Of a DNA stretch of 64,000 nucleotides, positions 8,196 to 17,879 are shown piece by piece. The position numbers and the translations under genes were made by a program. Origin of the DNA: an uncultured Bacilli bacterium. GTDB taxonomy: Bacteria; Bacillota_I; Bacilli_A; RF39; UBA660. The stretch covers positions 13,451 through 77,450 of the forward strand of contig CAKOHV010000003.1 of NCBI GenBank assembly GCA_934086145.1, written 5' to 3'. The notes under the pieces are model-generated. The model was not told the DNA's origin and did no database searches. It saw nothing but the letters and a program-made list of their open reading frames with translations. The stretch's first letter is position 1. Each line of letters opens with the position of its first letter.

Positions 8196-9623
8196 CTATT
8201 TGTGTTTTTTTTGTTTGCTTTTAGATTTGTTTTTTGCTTTATTTTCATCTTTTACTTCATTATTTATTTCTGTAACTTTGTCCTCAGCGAGGTCTTTAAC
8301 TGATTCTTCTTCGCTTTCTTCAGCAGTTTCTTCAATAGTTTCGTCTGTACTTTCTTCGACTAATTGATTTTGCTTTTTGCCTTTTTTATTTAACCAATCT
8401 TTACCATCAACAATTCGGGCAACAAGCATTGAACTTGAAGCATCACCAACAACATTTAATAATGTGGCTTGTGGATCGATGATAGTAGCTATTAGAGTTA
8501 AAATAGGTAAAGCTGCAACTGGGAAGCCCATCATTGAAATAATCATCATTTCAGAGATAGTACCACCACCAACAGGAACACCTGAAATAAGTAAGTTAGC
8601 TATTATAGCAGTTACAACAACTTGACCAAAACCAGCTGGAGTGAAAACGTTCGTTCCAAAAAGGTAAGCTAAGAACATTATTTTGAAGACTGTTCCAATC
8701 ATTGAACCATCTTTATGGAAACTTGTTCCTAAAGGAATGATAGTTTCAACAATATCATCAGGAACACCGATATTTTTAGCACTCTTGATATTAGCAGGGA
8801 TGGAAGCGGCTGATGAACAAGTTGAAATTGATGTAGCAGTTGCTGGTAAAATGTTTTGCCAGAATCTTTTAACGCCTTCTTTACCAGCAGAAATGAAGGC
8901 ATATAGGGAATAAATACCAAAATAGAACAATAAAGCTACAACGGTATATATTACGAATGTTTTAGCATAACCAATAGCAATACTAGAACCAAATGTACCA
9001 ATTAAGGAAGCAAAATAGCAACCTAGACCAATTGGGGCGTACATAAAGGCGTAATCGATTAATTTTAATACAACTTTATTGCTTGCTTCTAAGATATTTA
9101 GAAGTGGTTCACCTTCTTTACCTAGTTTAGAAATTGCTAAACCAACAAAGATTGATATTAAAACTAATGGAATAATATTATCTTTTGATAAAATGTTAGC
9201 AAAATCTGAAACACTGATTGCTTGAACAGTTCTTTCTAAAATATTTAATTTGATATCTTCGCTTTCTTCATTATCTTTTAAAGTTTCGATGATCGCGCTT
9301 GAATCTTCAGGGTTAACTAACTTTATAGTGTAAGTTGTTAAAACACCTATAACGATGGCAACTAGGGAAGTTATAACAAAAACTAAAAAGATTGATGAAA
9401 TAACTTTACTTAGTCGCTTTGGTTGTTTGATTTTAGCGATTGATGTTGTTATCGTTAAAAAGACTAGCGGAACGATGATGACGAACATCATGTTCATAAA
9501 TAATTCGCCAAGTGGACTTAAAATTTGAGCTTTCTCTTTAAAGATAATACCAACAATTGCACCAATAATTAATGATAGTAATAAAATGATTGTTTGTTTA
9601 TAATTTGACCATATTTTTTTCAT
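8196..9623 (-). CDS. dicarboxylate/amino acid:cation symporter (DAACS family) with a charged C-terminal tail
   Basis: GGAGGA SD. Family motifs (ATSISTCSSAASIPAN, IPLGTSFHKDGS, DPQATLLNVVGD). About 70 aa of E/K-rich C-terminal extension. Confidence 0.8.
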   Translation of the reverse strand: MKKIWSNYKQTIILLLSLIIGAIVGIIFKEKAQILSPLGELFMNMMFVIIVPLVFLTITTSIAKIKQPKRLSKVISSIFLVFVITSLVAIVIGVLTTYTIKLVNPEDSSAIIETLKDNEESEDIKLNILERTVQAISVSDFANILSKDNIIPLVLISIFVGLAISKLGKEGEPLLNILEASNKVVLKLIDYAFMYAPIGLGCYFASLIGTFGSSIAIGYAKTFVIYTVVALLFYFGIYSLYAFISAGKEGVKRFWQNILPATATSISTCSSAASIPANIKSAKNIGVPDDIVETIIPLGTSFHKDGSMIGTVFKIMFLAYLFGTNVFTPAGFGQVVVTAIIANLLISGVPVGGGTISEMMIISMMGFPVAALPILTLIATIIDPQATLLNVVGDASSSMLVARIVDGKDWLNKKGKKQNQLVEESTDETIEETAEESEEESVKDLAEDKVTEINNEVKDENKAKNKSKSKQKKHK

Positions 9624-9680
9624 ACTTTTTTCCTCCTGTTAAAATGATATTCTAGATGAGTGTAAAGTAAAAGTAACACT

Positions 9681-9728
9681 AATCCACAATTTATGGTGAC
9701 AATATTTATAAAATCCACAATTTGTGGT
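9681..9728. promoter_or_regulatory. two direct copies of a palindromic operator-like box, AATCCACAATTT(A/G)TGGT
   Basis: Box 1 CCACAATTTATGG at 9684-9696 (one mismatch). Box 2 CCACAA-T-TTGTGG at 9715-9727 (perfect 6-bp inverted repeat). Centres are 31 bp apart. They lie in the divergent region between the DAACS gene and the Sel1-repeat gene. Confidence 0.5.
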
Positions 9729-9748
9729 ATTGTGATAGTGGTGATTTG

Positions 9749-11290
9749 ATGAAGAAGAAATTTATAAAAATGAATGATAATGATGATAATCTTAGTTTAG
9801 GAAATCTATTTAGAGTAATAAAAGAATTGTCTAAAAATAAAACTTCTGCGATGCAAACGGAGTTATTTTGTGTTTTATTTGAAGTTTTAGAAGTCAATGA
9901 TACAACAATTAATAATTATTGCGTAGGCTGTCGAAGAATAGGTGATGATTATAAACAAAAATATTTAAATATGCAAAAAAAATATGAAACTGATAAGACT
10001 ATCTTTTTTGATATTATTATAAATATATTGAGTATTATGGATGGAAGAGTTTATGTCTTAGAAAATAATCAAAAGAATTTTATTAATAATAATGAAAATA
10101 TGAAAGCTTTGTGTTTTAAACTTTATAATATAAGTAAGAATGATCAAAACGTTAATAAGCCTTTTTTAGAAAAAATTGATTTATTATTAAAAGATAATGA
10201 TTATTATAGTGTGTTAGTAGAATTTTTATTTTATATTGTTTTATATAAGAAGCAACCATTGTATGAGAGTGATTTGAAGAAGGAAGTTATGGAAAGTATT
10301 TTAAATGATACTTATATAAGTTGTTCAGGGTTGCAAGAGTATTTGGTTCTGAAGTTAAGAGAAAGTATTAATTATGATTATTCTTTAAAGAAGATGGCGC
10401 TTTCAGGGAATGCTTATGCTTGTTTTGAAATAGGTAGTAATGAATTTTGTGGGTATGTTAAAGGGTATCCAAGGTATGAAGAAGCTTATAAGTATTTAAA
10501 GATTGCGGCTTCGTATAATCATGCTGGGGCTTGTTATATGATAGGAAGTATGTTTTATCGAGGCTTTTTAGGTAATCAAACGCCGGAAGATTATAAGATG
10601 GCTTATGATAATTTAGTGCAGGCTAGTTCACTTGGAAATATTGCGGCATTAAATGTATTAGGATTGATGTATTTACATGGGGAGTATCCTTTAGAAAAAG
10701 ATGTTCCGAAGGCTTTAGAATATTTTAATAAAGGGGCTTTAAATGATTATGCTTTTTCTTTGAATAATTTAGGAAGATATTATGAAATACAGGGGGATAA
10801 GGCCAAAGCTTTTACTTATTATTTAAGGAGTGCTGATTTAGAAGAAAGTTGGGCTTGTAATAAAGTTGGTCAATTTTATGAATGTGGTGAAGTAATAACT
10901 AAAGATATTGCGAAAGCTTATGAGTATTATGAAAAGGCCACCCTTGCTAATCATCGAACAATTTGTTATTATGCTTATTATAATTTGGCTCGTTTGTTGA
11001 TGGTTGGAGATGTAACTGCGGGAATAAAACGCGATTTAGTCGCGGCTTTGAAAAATTATGAAATAGCTAGTAATCAGGGGATTTTTGAAGCAACTAGGGC
11101 CTTATTTTTATATTATGCGCACAAGTATCAGCAAGATAATGAGCACGATTATTTAGATAAAGTTTATAAATATAAAGGCGAATTGGAAAAAAATGAGAAG
11201 TTCAATGAAGAAATGGCGCGAGAAGTCGAAGAGAAATTAAAGAAGATTCGTAATCAAAAAGAGATTGATATTAGTTTCCTTTTAGGTTAA
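9749..11290 (+). CDS. Sel1-like (SLR/TPR) repeat protein with an unassigned N-terminal domain
   Basis: GGTGAT SD before ATG 9749. C-terminal half has repeated SLR signatures (NAYACFEIG, AYKYLKIAASYNHAGACYMIGSMF, LGNIAALNVLGLMY, KALEYFNKGA, AFSLNNLGRYY, KAYEYYEKA). Confidence 0.7.
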   Translation: MKKKFIKMNDNDDNLSLGNLFRVIKELSKNKTSAMQTELFCVLFEVLEVNDTTINNYCVGCRRIGDDYKQKYLNMQKKYETDKTIFFDIIINILSIMDGRVYVLENNQKNFINNNENMKALCFKLYNISKNDQNVNKPFLEKIDLLLKDNDYYSVLVEFLFYIVLYKKQPLYESDLKKEVMESILNDTYISCSGLQEYLVLKLRESINYDYSLKKMALSGNAYACFEIGSNEFCGYVKGYPRYEEAYKYLKIAASYNHAGACYMIGSMFYRGFLGNQTPEDYKMAYDNLVQASSLGNIAALNVLGLMYLHGEYPLEKDVPKALEYFNKGALNDYAFSLNNLGRYYEIQGDKAKAFTYYLRSADLEESWACNKVGQFYECGEVITKDIAKAYEYYEKATLANHRTICYYAYYNLARLLMVGDVTAGIKRDLVAALKNYEIASNQGIFEATRALFLYYAHKYQQDNEHDYLDKVYKYKGELEKNEKFNEEMAREVEEKLKKIRNQKEIDISFLLG

Positions 11291-11317
11291 AGTTATTTTA
11301 GAAAAGGTTGGGATGTT

Positions 11318-12400
11318 ATGGAAAGCGTATATATACATATTCCTTTTTGCAAAAGTATTTGTAGTTATTGTGATTTTTGTAAAGTTATTTATCATGGACC
11401 ATGGATTACACAGTATTTAAATGCTTTATTAGCAGAAATACAGGATAAGTATTGTGATGAGGAGATAAAGACCCTTTATATTGGGGGAGGAACACCTTCT
11501 TGTTTACAAGAAAAAGATTTGAAATATTTATTAGATATGATTAAAGTTTTTAAGTTAAGCACTGATTATGAATTTACTTTTGAGTGTAATTTGAATGATA
11601 TAAATGAACATTTACTTGATATTTTAAAAGATTATGGGGTAAATAGGCTAAGTATTGGAATTGAAACTTTTGATGAAGATAAATTAAAGTTTATGGAAAG
11701 AAATCATGATTTTCAAACGGCGTGTAATAAGATGAGTCTTTGTCGTAGCAAAGGATTTGATAATATAAATGTTGATTTTATTTATGGTATTCCGGGGGAA
11801 AGTTTAAAAGTAACAAAGAAAGATTTAGATTTGTTACTGAAATTGAATCCTGATCATATAAGTACTTATTCGTTAATAATTGAAGATAATACCAAGATTG
11901 GAATTACCAAGATGGTGCCTATTCCGGCTGAGTTAGATGCTACGATGTATGAATATATTTGTGATAAGTTAGAGAATAAAAAATTTATTCATTATGAAAT
12001 AAGTAATTTTGCTAAAGAAGGAAAAATGAGTCGGCATAATATTAATTATTGGCTTAATAATGAATATTATGGTTTTGGTGTTGGAGCTCATGGTTATGTG
12101 CATGGAGTGAGGTATGAAAATACAAGAAGTTTGACTTCGTATATTGGGGGAAAATTCTTACTTAAAGAAGATTTATTATCCCGCCAAGAACAAATGGATA
12201 ATGAAATTATGTTAGGGCTTAGATTACTAAGAGGAATTAATGTTAAAGATTTTTTCTTAAAGTATCAAGTTAATATTCAAGAAGCTTATGATTTAAAAGA
12301 AGTTTTAGCCGAAAAAGAAATGATTTATGAAGATGGCTTTTTATTTATTAATCCTGATTATATTTATGTTATGAATGAGATTTTAATTAAAATACTTTAA
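11318..12400 (+). CDS. hemW: radical SAM heme chaperone HemW (coproporphyrinogen III oxidase-like)
   Basis: CKSICSYCDF radical-SAM cluster motif, LYIGGGTPS, and a HemN C-terminal-type domain. In Bacillus the homologue lies just upstream of hrcA. Confidence 0.8.
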   Translation: MESVYIHIPFCKSICSYCDFCKVIYHGPWITQYLNALLAEIQDKYCDEEIKTLYIGGGTPSCLQEKDLKYLLDMIKVFKLSTDYEFTFECNLNDINEHLLDILKDYGVNRLSIGIETFDEDKLKFMERNHDFQTACNKMSLCRSKGFDNINVDFIYGIPGESLKVTKKDLDLLLKLNPDHISTYSLIIEDNTKIGITKMVPIPAELDATMYEYICDKLENKKFIHYEISNFAKEGKMSRHNINYWLNNEYYGFGVGAHGYVHGVRYENTRSLTSYIGGKFLLKEDLLSRQEQMDNEIMLGLRLLRGINVKDFFLKYQVNIQEAYDLKEVLAEKEMIYEDGFLFINPDYIYVMNEILIKIL

Positions 12401-12495
12401 AAGTTTTAAAAATTTAAAACTTTTTTTGGTGATTATTTTTCTTTAAATTGCTATTTCTATGATATAATTGGAGTAATGTAAGGAAGGTATGACTT

Positions 12496-14787
12496 ATGAA
12501 AGATAAAGACTTGGAAAAGACACAACCTATTTTACTTTCAGAAATAAAGGAAGGTAAAAAAAGAAGTGATATTTATGATGAATTAGAAGATGAATTAATT
12601 GATATCACGGAGGAAGAAAAGGAAGCTATGGAACAGGCAGAGGAGGCTTTAGCGGAAAAAAATATTGCTTTAGCTGAATCTTTGTTGGCTGATGAGGCTA
12701 AAGGCAAGGATGTTGATGATGTTACTTCGGATGAGGAATCTGAAAAAGATGAAAAGGAAGCGACGACGGATGATGAGGCCGATAAGAAGGGAAAAGAACG
12801 TAAAAAATTAAATAAAAAACAAAAAATATTAATAAGCGTTGCGGGAGTTTTGGTCTTACTAATAATAATTGGAATAATTGTTTTAGCTAATGTTAAGGCA
12901 AATAAAAAGAAAGAAGACCCTAAAAAAGAAGAAGAACAACCAGTTATTATGGCAGATAACTTCTATTATAAAGAAGGAAAGTTATATATTTTAGATAAAG
13001 ATGAAAAAGAAATTGGCACATATGAATGTCAAAATAAAGATAGTGAGTTATGTTATTTAGCTTATAATAACTATGCTGATACATTAGATGTTCCTAAAGT
13101 ACTTGATGAAAATGGGAAGGCGAAAGTAGAAAGAGTACCAGTTTATAATAATGATTATATTTTTGTTGCGGATAATCCTGAAGGGACTGGCTTAGGTAAT
13201 CAAAATATTATTTTATATTCATTGAGTCAAAAGAAAGAGATAGAAACATATACAGATGTCAAGGCTTATGATGGAGATTATCTTATTATAGCTGATGCTA
13301 AAAATAATTATGGTTTAATTAAGATTGGAGATAAGGTTAATGAAATAATAAAACCAAGCTATGAAAATCTTTATATGTTAGATAAAGCCGATAATTTGAT
13401 AGCTAAAAAAGGTAATGGTTATGTTGTAATTAATAAAAATAATAAAGTTCTTAGCAAAGTAATTGAAACAACAGAAGATCTTAAATATTATACTAATAAA
13501 TTAATTGTAACTGAGGATTTAGGTAAGTATACAGCTTATGATTATGATGCTAAAATTATTACTGGAGATTATGATTTTATTACGGCAAGAGATAATTATT
13601 TATTCTTAATCAATGAAAATAAAGAAATGTTTATTATTGATTCTGAGGGATCTAAGTATAATGAAGAAGGAATAAAGTTATATAATGATAACTATGTTAC
13701 TTCGTATATATATGATAAAGATGGCAAACTAACTTCAACAAATCAAGCCTTTAAAATAGAAGTAGATTCTGATGAATTAAATATTTTAGTCTATACTAAA
13801 GATTTTAAAGAAGATAAATATAATACAATTAATTTAAATGAAGGACGAAATAATAAAAAATTAGCTTATTATAGTTATTTTAATGGTAAGTTGTATTTTT
13901 ATGATGATTTAACTAAATTAAATTTATTAGGAACTTATACTTGTGCTAATAAGAATACTGTAAGTAATACAGATGGTAAACTTGGTTCATGTTATCAAGC
14001 TTTAATGGGCAATAGTGATAATTTTAATAATGTTATACCAATCTTTAATAAACGTTATGTTTTTATCTTTGATACTAATTATAATTTATATGACTTAGTT
14101 GAAGGTAAAAATAAAGGAGTTTATCTAACTGTAAATGATTTTTTACCAAGTCTTAAAGAAGGAGAACCATTTGTATCTGGTTCATATGATGTAATTGCGG
14201 TAAATAATAAGAACAAGAGTGGGATGATTAGTATTGCGGCTACTAAGGTTGCTGGTAAGTATGGTTTTAACTATAATAGTTTGACTCGTTTAGGGGATTA
14301 TATTGTGGCAAATAATGCTGCTAATAAGTATCAAATTATCTATGATGAGAGTACAGCTTCTGTTGAATATAATTATAATATTGTAGGATATATTAATAAG
14401 GGAAGTTATGTTAAGTTATTTGATAAAGCTAACTCTAAATACTATGTTTATGATGATAAGGGGAAAAAGGTTGGTAAAGATAGTTATGCTTATGTAGAAT
14501 TGTATGATGATTTCTATGCTGGAGTTTTAAATGATAAAACGTTAAAGATTTATGATTATGAGGGAAAAATAATCTCAAGTAAGGATGTAACGATAGTTAG
14601 TACGGATTATTTGGGTAGTAAACCAGCTTTTAAAGTAACTAAAAATGGTAATAGTTTTGTTGTATCTATTTTGAAAAATGGTAGTTATGTAGAAACGACT
14701 ATCGAAAGAGTTAGTGATGAACCAACTGATAAGGATGATACACAAGATAAAGATAATACTAATACTAAAAAAGAAGAAAGTAGGTAG
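12496..14787 (+). CDS. large membrane-anchored extracytoplasmic repeat protein (acidic N-terminus, one TM, WG-like beta repeats)
   Basis: D/E-rich first ~100 aa, a K-rich stop-transfer, TM helix ILISVAGVLVLLIIIGIIVLA, then recurring Y/N/K-rich beta-strand repeats (NYGLIKIGDKVNEIIKPSYENLY-type). Family assignment is weak. Confidence 0.5.
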   Translation: MKDKDLEKTQPILLSEIKEGKKRSDIYDELEDELIDITEEEKEAMEQAEEALAEKNIALAESLLADEAKGKDVDDVTSDEESEKDEKEATTDDEADKKGKERKKLNKKQKILISVAGVLVLLIIIGIIVLANVKANKKKEDPKKEEEQPVIMADNFYYKEGKLYILDKDEKEIGTYECQNKDSELCYLAYNNYADTLDVPKVLDENGKAKVERVPVYNNDYIFVADNPEGTGLGNQNIILYSLSQKKEIETYTDVKAYDGDYLIIADAKNNYGLIKIGDKVNEIIKPSYENLYMLDKADNLIAKKGNGYVVINKNNKVLSKVIETTEDLKYYTNKLIVTEDLGKYTAYDYDAKIITGDYDFITARDNYLFLINENKEMFIIDSEGSKYNEEGIKLYNDNYVTSYIYDKDGKLTSTNQAFKIEVDSDELNILVYTKDFKEDKYNTINLNEGRNNKKLAYYSYFNGKLYFYDDLTKLNLLGTYTCANKNTVSNTDGKLGSCYQALMGNSDNFNNVIPIFNKRYVFIFDTNYNLYDLVEGKNKGVYLTVNDFLPSLKEGEPFVSGSYDVIAVNNKNKSGMISIAATKVAGKYGFNYNSLTRLGDYIVANNAANKYQIIYDESTASVEYNYNIVGYINKGSYVKLFDKANSKYYVYDDKGKKVGKDSYAYVELYDDFYAGVLNDKTLKIYDYEGKIISSKDVTIVSTDYLGSKPAFKVTKNGNSFVVSILKNGSYVETTIERVSDEPTDKDDTQDKDNTNTKKEESR

Positions 14788-14792
14788 ATATT

Positions 14793-15794
14793 GTGAGTAA
14801 AGCAGATAATATTAATAAAGTAATTGCTTTGATAATTTTATTGGTGTTGTGTCTTGGCTGTTTAGGCATGGGAGCGACGGGAGCTTTTATGCGTTTCAAA
14901 AAATTGTTGGATGAAACTAAACCAACGACTGACCCTATTTATAAAGATTTCTTTCAGGATGGTAATTTGAACTTCTATTCAGGTTCAGAATTAGCGGCTG
15001 AATATGAGTGTCAATCTTCTTATTGTGGCTGGGCTTATGAAAGAATTGATGACGGTGAATATGCCTTAAAATATTATAAACAAGATACAGTAAGACAATA
15101 TTCTGATAAAATAGATAATCGTTATGCCTTTATTGTAGATGGTAATCCTGATGAAACAGATCCATATTATTTTGCTGCCGGAGTTAAAGTTTATGATATT
15201 CAAGCTAAAGCGGTAATTGCCGAATTTAAAGCAATAAAAAATTATGGAACGACCCTATTTAATAATACTTATATTGCTCAGGATACAAATGGAAAATGGG
15301 GAATTATTGATCTTGCAGATGGCAAAGTTAATACGGATTTAGAGTTTGACTATGATTATATTGGGATATTTTATCTTGCTGATGGAGAAGATAATGGAAC
15401 TGAACCTTTAAAAGATATAAGCAAGTATGTTGTATTACAAGATGGAGGTTGGTATGTTATTGATTCAAGTGGAACTAAATTAACAGCACGTATTCCAGAA
15501 CCAATTCAAGGATATGAAGGAAATATGATTGTTACAGGAACTGATTCAATGTCAATTTATAATACAAATGGTAGCCGATTATTCAGTGACGGAACTAATG
15601 TTTTATATAGTGGAAGAGATCTTTTAACAATTAATAATGATACAGATATTGATTTAGTTGATGCAAATACCGGCGAATCAAAATGGCATTACATTTATTC
15701 AAATATTAGATCAGTAGCCTTACAAGAAAATGGTTCAAAGATGGAAGTCGCTGTTAATGGTATGGTTGACTTTAGTTATGATTTAAATCAGTGA
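14793..15794 (+). CDS. membrane-anchored WG-repeat protein
   Basis: GTG start 5 nt after the upstream stop. N-terminal TM. Clear WG repeat NGKWGIIDLADGKVNTDLEFDYDYIG. Ends in TGA. Confidence 0.5.
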   Translation: MSKADNINKVIALIILLVLCLGCLGMGATGAFMRFKKLLDETKPTTDPIYKDFFQDGNLNFYSGSELAAEYECQSSYCGWAYERIDDGEYALKYYKQDTVRQYSDKIDNRYAFIVDGNPDETDPYYFAAGVKVYDIQAKAVIAEFKAIKNYGTTLFNNTYIAQDTNGKWGIIDLADGKVNTDLEFDYDYIGIFYLADGEDNGTEPLKDISKYVVLQDGGWYVIDSSGTKLTARIPEPIQGYEGNMIVTGTDSMSIYNTNGSRLFSDGTNVLYSGRDLLTINNDTDIDLVDANTGESKWHYIYSNIRSVALQENGSKMEVAVNGMVDFSYDLNQ

Positions 15795-15865
15795 TAGTAA
15801 TTTTTATAAAATAAAAAAGTATGCAAAGTTAGAAAGTAGAGAATACTAATGAGGAAAGGAAAACT

Positions 15866-16435
15866 ATGAAAAAGAAAATTATTATAATAGCGGTTGTTGT
15901 GATACTTATTGTTGGGGGAATTATTGGCTTGGGAAAAGTTTTCTCTAATAAGAAAGTTGAAAGCAATTTAAAAACAGTTGATGATATTAAGACAATGTTT
16001 GATAGTATTTATAAAGATATCGATTTACCGGCGTTAGAGACCGCCGAGGTGGAAGTTAATGATGATAATGTTAACGCTTATACAGGGCTTGAGGATAGTG
16101 TAGATGTGGAAAAGATGGTGGTTTCTGAACCATTGATGAATGCTCAAGCTTATTCGGCTGTTGTCGTTGTTTTAAAAGATAATGCCGATGTTGAAAGTAG
16201 TAAACAAAAAATGTTAGACAATCTTGATATGCGTAAATGGATTTGTGTATCAGCTGAACAATTATATATAACTAATAATGGTCAAGTAATATTTTTAGTT
16301 ATGGGAGCGGCGGATCAAGCTAAACCAGTATATGAAAATTTTAAAAAATATGTTAACAATGAAATTGGTAAAGAATTGGTAAAAGGAAATCAGGAAGATG
16401 ATATTTCATTACCGGAAGAACGACCAATGTCATAA
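15866..16435 (+). CDS. membrane-anchored extracytoplasmic protein, DUF4358-like
   Basis: GAGGAAAGGA SD and an N-terminal anchor. The call rests mainly on context: DUF4358 genes commonly accompany MBOAT plus DHHW genes in Firmicutes. Confidence 0.4.
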   Translation: MKKKIIIIAVVVILIVGGIIGLGKVFSNKKVESNLKTVDDIKTMFDSIYKDIDLPALETAEVEVNDDNVNAYTGLEDSVDVEKMVVSEPLMNAQAYSAVVVVLKDNADVESSKQKMLDNLDMRKWICVSAEQLYITNNGQVIFLVMGAADQAKPVYENFKKYVNNEIGKELVKGNQEDDISLPEERPMS

Positions 16436-16475
16436 TTAGGCACCTTTAAGGTGCTTTATTTGTAAGGAGGATAAT

Positions 16476-17867
16476 ATGTTATTTACAAGTATTAGCTTTT
16501 TATATTATTTCTTACCAGTTGTTTTATTAAGTTATTTTCTGGTCCCACGAAAATTAAAGAATACGGTTCTTTTACTGGCTTCGATGCTCTTTTATTTTTA
16601 TGGCGAACCGAAGTATCTATTTTTAATGTGGTTAGAGATTGGAGTAGCTTATGGTGGAGCAATCTTGCTTGATAAAAATAGAAGTAAGGCGCTGCTTTAT
16701 ATTATTTTAGCAATTCATATTGGGCTTTTAATCATTTTTAAATATACTGATTTTTTTATTCAGAATGTCAATGCTATTTTTAAAACGGATATAGCTTTAT
16801 TACATATTGCTTTGCCAGTAGGTATTTCTTTTTATACTTTTCAAATTATTAGTTATGTGGTTGATGTTTACAAAGGAAAAGTTAAAGTCCAGAAAAATAT
16901 TGGGAAATTGGCGACTTATGTTTCTTTATTCCCTCAATTGATTGCGGGACCTATTGTTCGTTATGAAACGATTGCCGAAGAGTTAGATGGACGTGAACAT
17001 AGTTGGGATAATTTGGCAATGGGGATTCGACGTTTTACTATTGGTTTAGCTAAGAAGGTTTTGCTAGCTAATATTCTAGGTGAACTTTGCGCTAATTTTG
17101 GTTTAGTGACTGAAAGAAGCATTGTTTTTTACTGGCTTGCTGCCATTAGTTATATGTTACAAGTTTATTTTGATTTTGCAGGTTATAGTGATATGGCTAT
17201 CGGTTTAGGACGAATGTTTGGCTTTCATTTCTTAGAAAATTTTGACTATCCATATATGGCTAGAAGTATTACCGAATTTTGGCGTAGATGGCATATTTCA
17301 TTAGGTTCGTGGTTTCGTGATTACGTTTACATTCCTTTAGGAGGCAATCGACATGGGAAGCTTATTTTATTAAGAAATATTTTGATTGTTTGGTTTTTAA
17401 CCGGTTTTTGGCATGGAGCTAGTTGGAATTTTGTCATCTGGGGTTTGTTCTTTGGTATTTTATTACTAGTAGAGAAGTTATGGTTAGGAAAGTATCTTGA
17501 GAAATGGCCCCGCTTTTTGCAAAGTTTGTATGTCTTGTTTATTGTGATGATTAGTTTTATTATATTTGGTGCAGACAATGTGTCGGAAGCTTTTAATAAT
17601 ATTACAGGTTTATTTGGCTTAAATGGTGAAAGTTTTATTAATGATTATACAATTTATAATTTGAAAAGTTATGCAGTAGTCTTAATTGTTGCTTTGGTGG
17701 CGGCAACCCCTTGTTTTAAAATGATTTTAGAAAAGTTAAGAAAAAAAGAATTTATTAATAAGACACTTAATATTTTAGAACCTTTATTGATGGTAGTTTT
17801 ATTATTGATTGTAACGGCTTATTTAATTGATAATTCATATAATCCATTCTTGTATTTTAGGTTTTAG
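16476..17867 (+). CDS. MBOAT-family membrane O-acyltransferase (AlgI/DltB-like)
   Basis: AAGGAGG SD. Polytopic. Hallmark FWRRWHISLGSWFRDYVYIPLGGNR with the catalytic His. Confidence 0.85.
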   Translation: MLFTSISFLYYFLPVVLLSYFLVPRKLKNTVLLLASMLFYFYGEPKYLFLMWLEIGVAYGGAILLDKNRSKALLYIILAIHIGLLIIFKYTDFFIQNVNAIFKTDIALLHIALPVGISFYTFQIISYVVDVYKGKVKVQKNIGKLATYVSLFPQLIAGPIVRYETIAEELDGREHSWDNLAMGIRRFTIGLAKKVLLANILGELCANFGLVTERSIVFYWLAAISYMLQVYFDFAGYSDMAIGLGRMFGFHFLENFDYPYMARSITEFWRRWHISLGSWFRDYVYIPLGGNRHGKLILLRNILIVWFLTGFWHGASWNFVIWGLFFGILLLVEKLWLGKYLEKWPRFLQSLYVLFIVMISFIIFGADNVSEAFNNITGLFGLNGESFINDYTIYNLKSYAVVLIVALVAATPCFKMILEKLRKKEFINKTLNILEPLLMVVLLLIVTAYLIDNSYNPFLYFRF

Positions 17868-17879
17868 GAGGAAATTTTG

